From positions 156,490-220,489 of the IMG/VR virus record IMGVR_UViG_3300049855_000348: a DNA stretch of 64,000 bases; one strand, 5' to 3'. Made by a program: the position numbers and the translations under genes. Under the pieces are notes generated by a model that had not been told where the DNA came from, searched no databases, and saw only the letters and a list, made by a program, of their open reading frames with translations. Positions 38,284 through 48,122 of this stretch are shown here, piece by piece (positions within the stretch are counted from its first letter, which is position 1; the number at the start of each line of letters is the position of its first letter).

Positions 38284-38594
38284 CCAAGTACAAAACGAAA
38301 CCACAGTTCGTCGAAGCCGAACAATGGTTCCCTGGGAAGAAGATTGTTGGTGTCACTGAAGAGGACATCCCAATCGGCGGTCGTTATTTCCATGCCTGGA
38401 CCGACACCCTCATGAGTCTCCAGGTTGGTGTTGAAGCTGGCGATTGGATCGTAACGAGGATAGACAAACCTTATCGAGAGGTCATCAAAGATCGCATCTT
38501 CCGCGCCACTTTCGTAACGCTCAATGATGAGCCGATCCCAGACGACATCACTCGCGTCGAGACCGAAGTCATTCGGAGGAAGCGTGACGAGTGA
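38280..38594 (+). CDS. Hypothetical protein
   Basis: KP..VEAEQW...GDWIV...F..TF pattern. Confidence 0.7.
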   Translation: MTKYKTKPQFVEAEQWFPGKKIVGVTEEDIPIGGRYFHAWTDTLMSLQVGVEAGDWIVTRIDKPYREVIKDRIFRATFVTLNDEPIPDDITRVETEVIRRKRDE

Positions 38595-38596
38595 TC

Positions 38597-38932
38597 TCAG
38601 GCCGAAGCAGCAGGCTCCGGGCACTTGAGACCACCGAACGGGAAGATCATGTCTTGGAAGTCAAATCGCTTCGTCTCCACCACACCCATCAACGGGATCT
38701 TGTAGACCACCGCATAACGATCGTTCGTCACGATGTCATCGTAGGTCAAATCAACGACCAGCTTCGCACGATCGACGAAGCGATCATAGGGGCCATACTC
38801 ACGAAGCCGGTTGCTGGTGTAGCGCCAATACCGCAGGAACGACAGACAGCCACCGTTCGGCGTAGGACGGCAAAGGACCTTCGCTTCGGGCGTCGGAGCC
38901 TCTGGGGCTGGGAAGATCGGAAACAGGGCCAT
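38597..38932 (-). CDS. Putative late/structural small protein
   Basis: MALFPIFPAPE...; TATCTA 5 nt upstream. Confidence 0.6.
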   Translation of the reverse strand: MALFPIFPAPEAPTPEAKVLCRPTPNGGCLSFLRYWRYTSNRLREYGPYDRFVDRAKLVVDLTYDDIVTNDRYAVVYKIPLMGVVETKRFDFQDMIFPFGGLKCPEPAASA

Positions 38933-38967
38933 GTGTATAGATAGTTTCAGAGCATCCAAGGATACCC

Positions 38968-40557
38968 ATGATTGAGAAAATCGGTCGTTCTGGCGTCGAA
39001 CTCCACCAAGTCCGCAAGCACGTGGATGCCGATGGAAACGACATCGGACCACGTCGGAAGCCCAACAACGCCTATCTGGACGGCAAGGTGAAGACCCGTG
39101 GCGGACGGGCTCCCCAGGGCTGCACCCGCATGGTCAGCCACGGCTTCGGACCCAGCAAGCTCAACGTCAACAACGACGTGCCCAAATTGTCGAAGCAGCA
39201 GAGGACTCTGCTGCTGGCGATCGATGCAGGAGCCACCACGCTGACGACCGCTGCCTTGAAGGTGGCCGACTCCCTGGTCAAGCTGGACCTTGTGATCTGG
39301 AGCGATTCCAAGAACAACTTCGTCTGTATGGTCGAAGGTCGTCGCGTCGCTGAACTCCTGAGGGAAAACAAAAAGTGAGTGCGAGCCACGCCAAACGCAA
39401 AGTCTCACGCTTAGACTTCGAGAAGATGTTCCCAGAATACGACACTGATTTCTGGGAAGGCATTCTGTTGTTCGACGACATGAACGAGGCTTTCGTTGGA
39501 ATTGCCCAGCAGTTCACCAACGAAACGGTTGCGGTCTACGACTACGATCTCTGCCTCAAGTGCCTCATGAAGAGTGGCATGTCTGAGGAAGATGCCCTCG
39601 AATGGTTTGTGACAAACACCCAGGGTTCGTGGATCGGTGAGCGTACGCCGATGATCCTCTACCAACGTGGCGACAAGAAGAAAAAATGAAAACCACTGAA
39701 CTCATCCTGTGCAAGACAGTCACCACTGAGTCCTTCCCTGATCGTGGGTGGATCGGCCTCGTCATTCCCGGCGAGAACGGCAAAGAGTTGGCCGGTCTCT
39801 ACACCCGCTCGGAACTGTACCGGGAGGTGAAGAAGATCATGGACAAGTACGGCGAGGACAAGGTCCGCATGACCGTCTCGAAGTTCAAGGTCCCTGAGGG
39901 CTACCAACTGATGTTCGCTCCGAGCCGTGATGCCTATGATGGCACGCACGCTCGCAAGCTCATCGAGAAGCACCTGTATGGGTGAATCGTGACGCATCAC
40001 GATCATCGAAAGAACCTCAGAGATCTTTCTCGTGATGACCCAATGCTGACCCTGATCGAGCAGCCGTCGGCTATACAGGCCGACGGCTCTGTGCAGATAG
40101 GGGATGGGCTAGTTCAATCCCAACCTGCTGACCTTACATACAATACCGACAAATTCGGCAACGCCATAAAGGCTGCTGTGTTCGTCGCTGAGGTGGAGAA
40201 CACACAACCAGCATTGCCAGCCGAACCAGGACCAGTCCGGCTCGCAGTAAATCGCACTCATCTGAAAGGTCTCCTGTGCCTGCCCGAGTCATCCCTATCA
40301 CCAGACGAATCTGGAATCGAAAAAAGCTCATAGAACGAATGACTCTGACCAAGCGCGACGACAAGGACGGCATCGTCATCGATGTCAGTCCCGGGGCAGT
40401 GAACTCCATACTCATTGTTGAGACCATGGTGCTGCTGGAGCAATGCCAGAAGGACAAGGTCTCAGTCGAGATCCACACCCACGACGATACCACCTATCGT
40501 TCGTTCAAATACGTGGGTATGGAGAAACTGGCCGTCCTGAAGCGGATGCCGAACTAA
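38968..40557 (+). other. Small hypothetical ORFs (38968-39378, 39375-39689, 39686-39985, 39989-40333, ~40339-40557)
   Basis: Coupled ORFs; 39375-39689 has the common phage pattern AVYDY....MS.E.A.EW..N..G. Confidence 0.65.
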
Positions 40558-40565
40558 CTAGGTGC

Positions 40566-40892
40566 ATGCCGCTGAGCAAAGCTCAGATCCAGATTCTGAC
40601 CAACCCTGCTGTGCGTAAGCGGTTACCCGCCAGGGCGTCAGACTTCAAGTACGCCGACACCCTGCTCAGGGATGTGGGAGAGGGATGTCCTCGACTTCCA
40701 GCAGTCTGGACCAGGGTCTTCTCCAATCTCAGCCCAGCGGATGCTGCGTGGCTGAACCAGACCTTTCCCGGCCATCAATTCGCAGGTGTCGACCCCAAGG
40801 CACCACCACAGCCTTTGCCGCCGTTGGTGAAGCCGTCGAATATCGTTCACCGTGCGATTGAAGTCCTCCAGTCGTACAAGAAAGCCACATGA
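40566..40892 (+). CDS. Putative late protein
   Basis: MPLSKAQIQ...; TAACTA 5 nt upstream. Confidence 0.65.
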   Translation: MPLSKAQIQILTNPAVRKRLPARASDFKYADTLLRDVGEGCPRLPAVWTRVFSNLSPADAAWLNQTFPGHQFAGVDPKAPPQPLPPLVKPSNIVHRAIEVLQSYKKAT

Positions 40893-43800
40893 GCCTCGAT
40901 CGACCACTGTTCTCGACTAGCTCGGTGTATTCGTTGATCGAACTCAACGAAGTCATCACCCGCTACGCTCAAAACGATGAGCAGATGAAGGCTGTCGCCG
41001 AATCGCTCGAACAGATTCTCACCACCGTCTCGGCTGGTCAGATCCTGTCGCCGGCTGATCTCCAGGCTGCGGTCGATGCGATCTATGATGCCGGCAGTCC
41101 GCTGGCCCGTGCCTACATCGTCTCGCCCCCTTCTCGCTCACTGCAAGAGATTGCAAACCTGATGACGATCTCGCCACTGAGCGATCTCATCGAGGGAACC
41201 AAGCTCAACCCCACTGCCTGGATGCCCATCCTGCGCGTGTTCAGCATGCTCAAGGGCATGATCTACCTCGTCGAGAATGGCCCGAGCTACGACGCCGATC
41301 CGGTCTTCGTGAAAGATGGCTCGTTCTTCTTCACGTCGATCACTGATGGCAACAGCCCTGAGGGTCATCTCCTCTGTAGCGAAAATGGCACCGTGCTCGA
41401 AGTCGGTGGACCGATCTACCGTGTCCTGCCTGATGGCACTGATGCGATCACTCTGATCGAGTTTATGCTTCGCCGATTGGAGCAGCAACGCCTGCGCCAG
41501 ATCTATCGTTTGGGCTGCTTCGAGGCATCGGTCGATGCCAAGTACGACTCTGGCAGCAGCTACGATTTCATCGACAAGGTCTTCACCACCGGTGCGGGTC
41601 CTGAATTCAATCAGCGTTTCCCCTGTGGCTACACCGCAGCCGGTGAACTGCTGTTCCTGCGTTCGCAGGCTGGCAAGTACCGTGGTGCCGATCTCAACCT
41701 CTTCCGCCCTGGCTACAGTGCCCAGTCTGGCGTCGAAGATCGAGTCATCATCGGTGAGTCGACGGTGCAGACCCCGATGGGTCTCTTCCATATTCCGCAG
41801 TGCGTTGTGCGCTGGGATCACCTGCTGACCGATGAAGATCGTCAGCCGAATGCTGATGGCGATCCAGTCGTCTTCGTTGGCCTGCGCTTCAAGGTCAGCA
41901 TGCTGAAGCGTACCTCCTACGCCAATGGCGTAGCAGAGCCTGATGCCATCGTTGACGTTGGCACTGGTGATGGCGTCGTACTGATGAAGAGAAATGCCTT
42001 CGGCAGCGAGATCCCGAACTACCCAACGACGTTGACTGGTACCCAAGCTGAGAAGTTCCCAGCCGTCGCGGCTGAGGGTGTTGAACATGGTCGTGTGATC
42101 GGCTTCATCCAAAAGGATGGCCTGAACACCTTCGCTCAGTTCTTCCAGGTCTCACTCGACGTGGCGATCGTCAAACAGCACGGTCGTGCCTTCTTCGAGC
42201 AGGGTGTCGGCTACGCAGCCGGTCAGGTCGATGAGATCGGCAAGCTGGGTGAACTCGGTACCGACATCGACGTGGCCCCATGGCGTGCCTTCGGTACCGG
42301 TCCACGGCATGTGCTCGAAGTGGTGCAGACCGATGCCACGCTCGCCGGTGAAGGCTTCGTGCTTGATGTCGACCAGGGTGTCTTGAAGCGCGAGGAGAAG
42401 ACCTCCGACACTGCTGAATGGGAAGTCATCCTGCCCATCGGCCTGTCGCTGATGAAGAATCAGAAGCCCTTCAGCTTGGGTAACCTCAACGGCTGTTCGA
42501 CCCGCTTCACGGATGCCTGGGCAATCCGTCAGGTGACCAGCGTTCAGAAGTCCCTCAACACGGTCATCTTCGACGATGGCAATGGTGAGCCCGAAGCCTT
42601 CCCCCAGGACTTCATCGGTGCTGAGGTGACCTTCTGGCATGCCGACCGCACCAGCAGCGTGACCACCATCGTGGAGCGTGTTGGCGACCGTCTGGCTCGG
42701 ATCCCGACCGATGTGCTGGCCAAGGTCACCGCAGGTGATGTGGTCACCATCGACCGCCGTAAGCCGTCGAGCAGCTTCGATGGTGCCTACGAGCGTGAGG
42801 CCGGCATCACCAACTTCGTCGACCTGCGTCTGCTGGTACGCCGGATGGTCGATACCGAGGTCGTCCCAAGCTCGGAAGGGCTCCTCTCCCCCAGCCCGTC
42901 ACCAGCCCAGCCCTGGACCGCCCTGGTGCGTTCTAAGCCAGCTTCCCTGGTTCTGGCTGCCATGGCCCCATTCGCCGACAACGTGGCTGCAATCGGCAGC
43001 AAACTGCGTTGGCACTATGCCCAGCAGTTCATCGCCCTGGCCAGCCAGCGGCAGGACATGGTCGACATCACCGGCACCACAGCCGAGCTTCAGTCTTACC
43101 TGCTGCGGTGGGTTCAGAACTATGAGGCTAATAAGAACCACGAGTGGATCGTCGGCGAGGGCTCGATCATCCACTGGCCTGCCAAGAACCCGGTGACCAA
43201 GGTCAACCTGCGCCGATACAGCCCGCCCATCCTCCCTGGGGTGGACGACGGGATCACCATCGAAGAGGTCGCAGGCTGGGGTCCGGTGCCGGTGCTGACC
43301 AAGTACCTCCGCTCCGGTGACAACCAACGCTACCCGCTGCGCATCATCAAGCCGTTGGTCTTCGCCTCCGAGCGTTCCTTCTCGATCCCTGGCCACACCA
43401 AGCTCGCCGGCAGCTTCCGCTTCCAACCCGAGGACACCTGGATCGTTGACGAGGTGATAACCTTCGTCCTCTATCAGACCCAGAACCGCAATGGCCTGAT
43501 CCAGGAGGTGATCCTTGGTTCGTTCGACCTGCGTTGGCAGGAGGCATCCAACTTCTCAAACGCCACGGGCGTGTTCCGTATCGATGACGAGGCGAGCTAC
43601 GATCCGACGACTGGCTTCCTGAACATCAACTACAACCAGATCATCGACTTCACGGTTGAAGAGGCTGGTCGTCTGTCGGTCACTGCCGTCTATCATGACC
43701 TGACTGAGGTTCACCCGATCTACTCTTTCAACCTCGCCCAGTTCGGCCTGAACGTCAGCCATCTGGCCGATGCCAAGGTGTTCTCGATCGTGGACGGCAA

Positions 43801-44758
43801 GGTCGAAGAGAAGGCCGACGTGCTGCGCCTGGAAGGCATCTCGATTTCCAATGGTACGGTCTATATTCGCTTCAACCGTGATGACATCTTCAAAGCCATT
43901 GCTGTGCGTGGCATCTTCAAGACCAAGTGGGTGCTGCGCAACATCGCCTGGATCACCATCACCAACGTTTCGTACGACGAGAACAACATTCCGATCTCTG
44001 TGGAATACGATGCTCAGAACGTGCGTGATGCGATTACCATGTCGACACTGCTGGAAGCAGATAAACGCTGCCGTCAGGTCTACATCCCTTGTGCCACGAA
44101 GTATGGCTGGATCGATGTTGGCCAGACCAACATCCACACCGAGGCCATTCCTCAGAACGATAGTCCACGTTTCGGCTTCTTTGAACTCGACAACATCAAA
44201 GGCATCGACACGGCTCTGTTGATCGATGGTCCGGTCTACAATGCCTTCAAACCGGTCGACATCGACTATCGCTTCCTGGAGAAGTACGTCGACTCAACGG
44301 ATCTCGAAGAGATCAAATCAGTGGCCATCGTTCGTCACATCGTCACCGGCGCACGTCGCGTGTTCGTTGGTGTCTATCGTGAGGCCAACGGCGGCGGTGG
44401 AGTCACTGCTCTCAACAACGAGATCACGCTCGGCACATTGACTGATCAGGACGTTCTGTTCATCAACGATTCGCTGCTGGATTCGTCCTGGGTGCTGGAC
44501 TTCGCTGGTGTCATGACCACGGCACCTGATGGTGGCGTTGGTGACTTCGGTGACTCGAAGCTCATGCTGGCCGGTTACTGGTATGCCGGTCACTCGCTGG
44601 AGGACCGTGCTGGATCCTTCACACGCTTCCGCCCTGACACTGCTCAGTTCAACAGTCCGACCAAGAATGCCGACTTCTATCGTCTCGGCGATGTACCGAT
44701 GTCCTTCCTCTACCGTGGCAACACTCTGCTGTGGTCTGATCACACGAGACCGGCGTGA
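40889..44758 (+). CDS. Large putative virion structural protein (baseplate/tail-like)
   Basis: 1289 aa, acidic and beta-rich composition, in the late operon; no family recognised. Confidence 0.7.
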   Translation: MSLDRPLFSTSSVYSLIELNEVITRYAQNDEQMKAVAESLEQILTTVSAGQILSPADLQAAVDAIYDAGSPLARAYIVSPPSRSLQEIANLMTISPLSDLIEGTKLNPTAWMPILRVFSMLKGMIYLVENGPSYDADPVFVKDGSFFFTSITDGNSPEGHLLCSENGTVLEVGGPIYRVLPDGTDAITLIEFMLRRLEQQRLRQIYRLGCFEASVDAKYDSGSSYDFIDKVFTTGAGPEFNQRFPCGYTAAGELLFLRSQAGKYRGADLNLFRPGYSAQSGVEDRVIIGESTVQTPMGLFHIPQCVVRWDHLLTDEDRQPNADGDPVVFVGLRFKVSMLKRTSYANGVAEPDAIVDVGTGDGVVLMKRNAFGSEIPNYPTTLTGTQAEKFPAVAAEGVEHGRVIGFIQKDGLNTFAQFFQVSLDVAIVKQHGRAFFEQGVGYAAGQVDEIGKLGELGTDIDVAPWRAFGTGPRHVLEVVQTDATLAGEGFVLDVDQGVLKREEKTSDTAEWEVILPIGLSLMKNQKPFSLGNLNGCSTRFTDAWAIRQVTSVQKSLNTVIFDDGNGEPEAFPQDFIGAEVTFWHADRTSSVTTIVERVGDRLARIPTDVLAKVTAGDVVTIDRRKPSSSFDGAYEREAGITNFVDLRLLVRRMVDTEVVPSSEGLLSPSPSPAQPWTALVRSKPASLVLAAMAPFADNVAAIGSKLRWHYAQQFIALASQRQDMVDITGTTAELQSYLLRWVQNYEANKNHEWIVGEGSIIHWPAKNPVTKVNLRRYSPPILPGVDDGITIEEVAGWGPVPVLTKYLRSGDNQRYPLRIIKPLVFASERSFSIPGHTKLAGSFRFQPEDTWIVDEVITFVLYQTQNRNGLIQEVILGSFDLRWQEASNFSNATGVFRIDDEASYDPTTGFLNINYNQIIDFTVEEAGRLSVTAVYHDLTEVHPIYSFNLAQFGLNVSHLADAKVFSIVDGKVEEKADVLRLEGISISNGTVYIRFNRDDIFKAIAVRGIFKTKWVLRNIAWITITNVSYDENNIPISVEYDAQNVRDAITMSTLLEADKRCRQVYIPCATKYGWIDVGQTNIHTEAIPQNDSPRFGFFELDNIKGIDTALLIDGPVYNAFKPVDIDYRFLEKYVDSTDLEEIKSVAIVRHIVTGARRVFVGVYREANGGGGVTALNNEITLGTLTDQDVLFINDSLLDSSWVLDFAGVMTTAPDGGVGDFGDSKLMLAGYWYAGHSLEDRAGSFTRFRPDTAQFNSPTKNADFYRLGDVPMSFLYRGNTLLWSDHTRPA

Positions 44759-44883
44759 CCAGACCGTTTCCTTATATTGAATTGCAATGCAATTTCGCAG
44801 AGATTGTTATCTGTGCTGAGTCTTCATCGTCTTCTAATGCATCAAGTTCATCAAGTTCTTCTTCATCATCGAGTAATCCATAA
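44755..44883 (+). CDS. 42-aa Cys-motif + poly-Ser peptide
   Basis: GTG overlaps the upstream TGA; MTRPFPYIELQCNFAEIVICAESSSSSNASSSSSSSSSSSNP; similar to the 63759 ORF. Confidence 0.6.
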   Translation: MTRPFPYIELQCNFAEIVICAESSSSSNASSSSSSSSSSSNP

Positions 44884-44895
44884 AGTGTAATTTTC

Positions 44896-47229
44896 TTATG
44901 ATAACATCTTGGCTAGCTGTTCATCCGACGGCATCTTGTTGACGTTGAGTGGTGTCACTCGTGGTCCAACTGAGATATGTTGGTCACCGATGCGAACCTT
45001 GCGACCGTTGCCGATGTAGGCGGTAGCTGAACCAGTGCTGTGATCGGTTGCCCAAGACAGCGTCCGCTTCACAGCCTTCTCTACAGCACGGCGAGCCGCA
45101 GCCATCTTGGGGTTGCGAACCACTGCTGGCTTGCGGGCAGACTGGAAATGTACGTCCTTCGAGAGTTTCCCGACAGGGTTCTGTTTCGAGATGGATTGCG
45201 CTGGTGCTGAATTCTGTTGTGAAGTCGGAAGATCATAGTTCCGACCGATGATCATCTCGTCGACCTTGTCCCAATCTGGGTGAGGCGACTGACCGGTGAT
45301 GTTGTGAAATCTTACGAACTGTTCATCAGCGTCATCAGCGTCACTGCGCTTGGCGACATACTCAGTCTTCCACATCTCTTTCAGATGGCGATTGTAGTTG
45401 AGGATGTCGCATGCCTCGATCAGTCGCGGCAGGTCCTTGCTGATGTTGACATCGAAGTTGGCAAACGAACCTTCCATCATCACCACGTAACGCTTCTCAA
45501 ACAGTTCGGCCATGCCGTTGATCATGTCATCCAACTGGTGATCGTAGAAGCCTTCGGCACAGGTGCCGATCATGATCGCCTTGGCAGCTTCGTAGACTGG
45601 GCTGTCCTGGAGCTTCTTCAATTCTGTTGGCTTGATGGCAGCCGACTCCTCGCCGGCCTTCATCGAGTCACGAACCTTCAAAGCCTCGGTCACACCACGT
45701 TGAAAGTGGGGAATGCCATGACGACGTTTCACTTGGGCATAGAATTCGTTAGCAGCCATCCAAACAGAGACGTGTCCCCATTCGGTCTTTGGCTCGGTCC
45801 AATGCCAGTGGATCGTACCGAACAACTCCTTCAGGCCACGGCTGACATGAGGTGCGGTGTTGACCACATGATCGAGATCAATCTCAGAAGCCTGTCCGTA
45901 TGCCTTGAGACGACGATGAAGCTCGATCAGCACATCGCGCCACACAGCGGCACGTGGGTCGATTCCACGGATCGGCTTCCACTCGCTTCTTGGCTTCACA
46001 TCATGCGCCAGCTTGGCAATGTGACTGACACCATCGTCGAGTGTCTGATCACGTCCAATGCTGTAATCGATCACACCGCCTTCGGTGTAAGCAGACACCC
46101 CGGTCGTTGCTCTGATATGTTGGCCTTCCTGGCGATGTTTTGGCTTGCCAGGAACTTCTCCCTTGTCTGTGAACTTGATGCTGGTCGACACTGCCCGTCC
46201 ACGCTTGGTGATGGCCACGCGAGGCATGCTCAGGTTGACCTTGCCGGTGGTTGGAAGTGGATTGGTGAAGGCTTGAATGCCGCCGTGAACTGCACCCAAG
46301 CGAATGATCTGATCACGTGGATCGATGGCGTTGATGACACGACTGATGACCTTGCGTTCACTACGCTCTGGGTTCCAGACTGAAGGATTATATTCGCCCT
46401 TCTTCTGTTGAGCGGTTTGGAACACGTCGATGATGTCGAAAGCATCGGAACGCATGAAGAATGCTTGTTCTGGTTCACCGTGGTAGACCACGGCATCCTC
46501 GGGTCCCTTGGCAGTGTCGATCACGACACTGATTCCAGCCTTCAGGAAGCGAGCACGCTGATCATTGTGGTTGAGAACACGCTTGGCGAATAGCTTGTAA
46601 CCGTTGACCGTGTTGGCCAAATCAAAGCCTGATTGAGAGGCAAAGAAGAACGCCTTCGGCACCGTCACGGGATGTGGCGACACTTTGGAAGCAGTCATCT
46701 CCCAGATGTCTTGCCAGAATTTTTCGACCGGTACGTCATCTCCCTGCGGAAGGACCTCCATCACATTGAGGATCTTCAACGCAGCGTCTTTGGTAAGAGT
46801 CTGAAGATCGAGTACCTTAGCGTTCGGTCGTAGTTTGATGACGCGCAGGTACCGAGAGTTGCCGGCGTAAGGAATACCGGCCTGCTCACTGATCACGAAT
46901 TCGAGCGGGTAGGTGTAGATGGCAGCCGGGTCAGAGTGGTTGGGCTTGGTCCACAGTGTAGTGTCAGGATGAGGGGTACGGGCAGCTTTGAGTCCGAGCT
47001 TTTTACGGTTCGTTGTCCAGTACCGTTCCTCGTAACCCGGTTCTGGACTTCTACCATATTGCGAGCCTACCATTCGCTTGTCATCGGTCGACGAGGCGAA
47101 GTTGGTGAACTGCACGAACAGGTCTTTGCGATGTGCCTGCGGCGTGTACTTGGCGACGAACTCACGCCAGCCCTTGGTGGACACATCAGAGACCAGAACC
47201 TCAGTGACGAGTTGATTGTAGAGATCCAT
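44896..47229 (-). CDS. Putative virion-packaged protein with an ART-like domain (paralogue A)
   Basis: KPNHSDPAAIYTYP...YLRVIKL...VVID.AK....V.Y.GEPEQA; N-terminal LVTE. Confidence 0.7.
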   Translation of the reverse strand: MDLYNQLVTEVLVSDVSTKGWREFVAKYTPQAHRKDLFVQFTNFASSTDDKRMVGSQYGRSPEPGYEERYWTTNRKKLGLKAARTPHPDTTLWTKPNHSDPAAIYTYPLEFVISEQAGIPYAGNSRYLRVIKLRPNAKVLDLQTLTKDAALKILNVMEVLPQGDDVPVEKFWQDIWEMTASKVSPHPVTVPKAFFFASQSGFDLANTVNGYKLFAKRVLNHNDQRARFLKAGISVVIDTAKGPEDAVVYHGEPEQAFFMRSDAFDIIDVFQTAQQKKGEYNPSVWNPERSERKVISRVINAIDPRDQIIRLGAVHGGIQAFTNPLPTTGKVNLSMPRVAITKRGRAVSTSIKFTDKGEVPGKPKHRQEGQHIRATTGVSAYTEGGVIDYSIGRDQTLDDGVSHIAKLAHDVKPRSEWKPIRGIDPRAAVWRDVLIELHRRLKAYGQASEIDLDHVVNTAPHVSRGLKELFGTIHWHWTEPKTEWGHVSVWMAANEFYAQVKRRHGIPHFQRGVTEALKVRDSMKAGEESAAIKPTELKKLQDSPVYEAAKAIMIGTCAEGFYDHQLDDMINGMAELFEKRYVVMMEGSFANFDVNISKDLPRLIEACDILNYNRHLKEMWKTEYVAKRSDADDADEQFVRFHNITGQSPHPDWDKVDEMIIGRNYDLPTSQQNSAPAQSISKQNPVGKLSKDVHFQSARKPAVVRNPKMAAARRAVEKAVKRTLSWATDHSTGSATAYIGNGRKVRIGDQHISVGPRVTPLNVNKMPSDEQLAKMLS

Positions 47230-48107
47230 CAGAACTCGCCGAAGAGGTCATCGACTGACTCGGCCAGCGTCTCACGCTTGGCGACCGAACCAGCACTGCG
47301 GATGAGGTTGATGACCTTCTCGGCCCGGTCACCCACCTGCAAGCGCCACGCCGTGCGCTGGAGGCTGTTGGCTGCCCTGGGATAGTCGAAGCGTTCCAAG
47401 TGATCCCGGGCATCCAGGTTGGCGAAGCCGGTCGGCCCGAGGTTGTAGATCAGGTCGGTCACCGCCAACTGGACCTCCTTGGGTTGCTCCTCGAAGGTCT
47501 TCATGACCCGAGGACCAGCCTTCAGGGCATCGGCGACCTTGGCGGCGAACAGAGCCTCGATCTCTTGGTCGGTCAGACGGCGTTGGCCGGTTTTGACGGC
47601 GGTGTAGTTGATGCCCAGGTCGCGCAGGTACCGAGCCGCACCGGGCTGATCCAGGTTGAAACCGACACCAATGGTCCGCTTACCGACCGAGTCTCGGTAG
47701 ACCTTCGCCCGGCGACCCTCGTTGGGGTGGATGAACTCCTTGGCCTCTTCCAGGCTCAGGGATTCCCTTTGGAAGGCCGTATCTGGCCCGGGGGGTGTCT
47801 CGGTAGGGGGCGGCGGGTAAGATGGCTGTGTGGGCTTCTGGTGCGTCGCAGTGGCCGGTTCCTTGGCTTCCACCGGTGGCTGGTAGCTCTCCTTGTTGCC
47901 GAGAGCCTTGGCCGCCAGCAGGCCGAGGAGGACGCCAGTGCTCGCCATGGCGGCACGCTTGGTCCACGGAAGATCGGCCTCGGACACCATAGGAGCGAAT
48001 AGGCTATCGACTGATTGGCTGAGTCCAACCGATTCCTTGACGATTCGGCGGGGTGGCCGGCGCACCTCCGTTTGATGAATCCACAGCGGTTGTGCTTTCG
48101 CAGTCAT
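47229..48107 (-). CDS. GH24 (T4-lysozyme family) muramidase with N-terminal extension
   Basis: E-X8-D-X5-T triad EGRRAKVYRDSVGKRTIGVG; YNLG; W..QVGDRA; start at ATG 48107. Confidence 0.88.
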   Translation of the reverse strand: MTAKAQPLWIHQTEVRRPPRRIVKESVGLSQSVDSLFAPMVSEADLPWTKRAAMASTGVLLGLLAAKALGNKESYQPPVEAKEPATATHQKPTQPSYPPPPTETPPGPDTAFQRESLSLEEAKEFIHPNEGRRAKVYRDSVGKRTIGVGFNLDQPGAARYLRDLGINYTAVKTGQRRLTDQEIEALFAAKVADALKAGPRVMKTFEEQPKEVQLAVTDLIYNLGPTGFANLDARDHLERFDYPRAANSLQRTAWRLQVGDRAEKVINLIRSAGSVAKRETLAESVDDLFGEF

Positions 48108-48112
48108 GCATC

Positions 48113-48118
48113 TATCTA
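48113..48118. promoter_or_regulatory. Bidirectional putative late promoter hexamer TATCTA/TAGATA
   Basis: 4 nt from ATG 48123 (+) and 5 nt from ATG 48107 (-). Confidence 0.55.
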
Positions 48119-48122
48119 AGTC

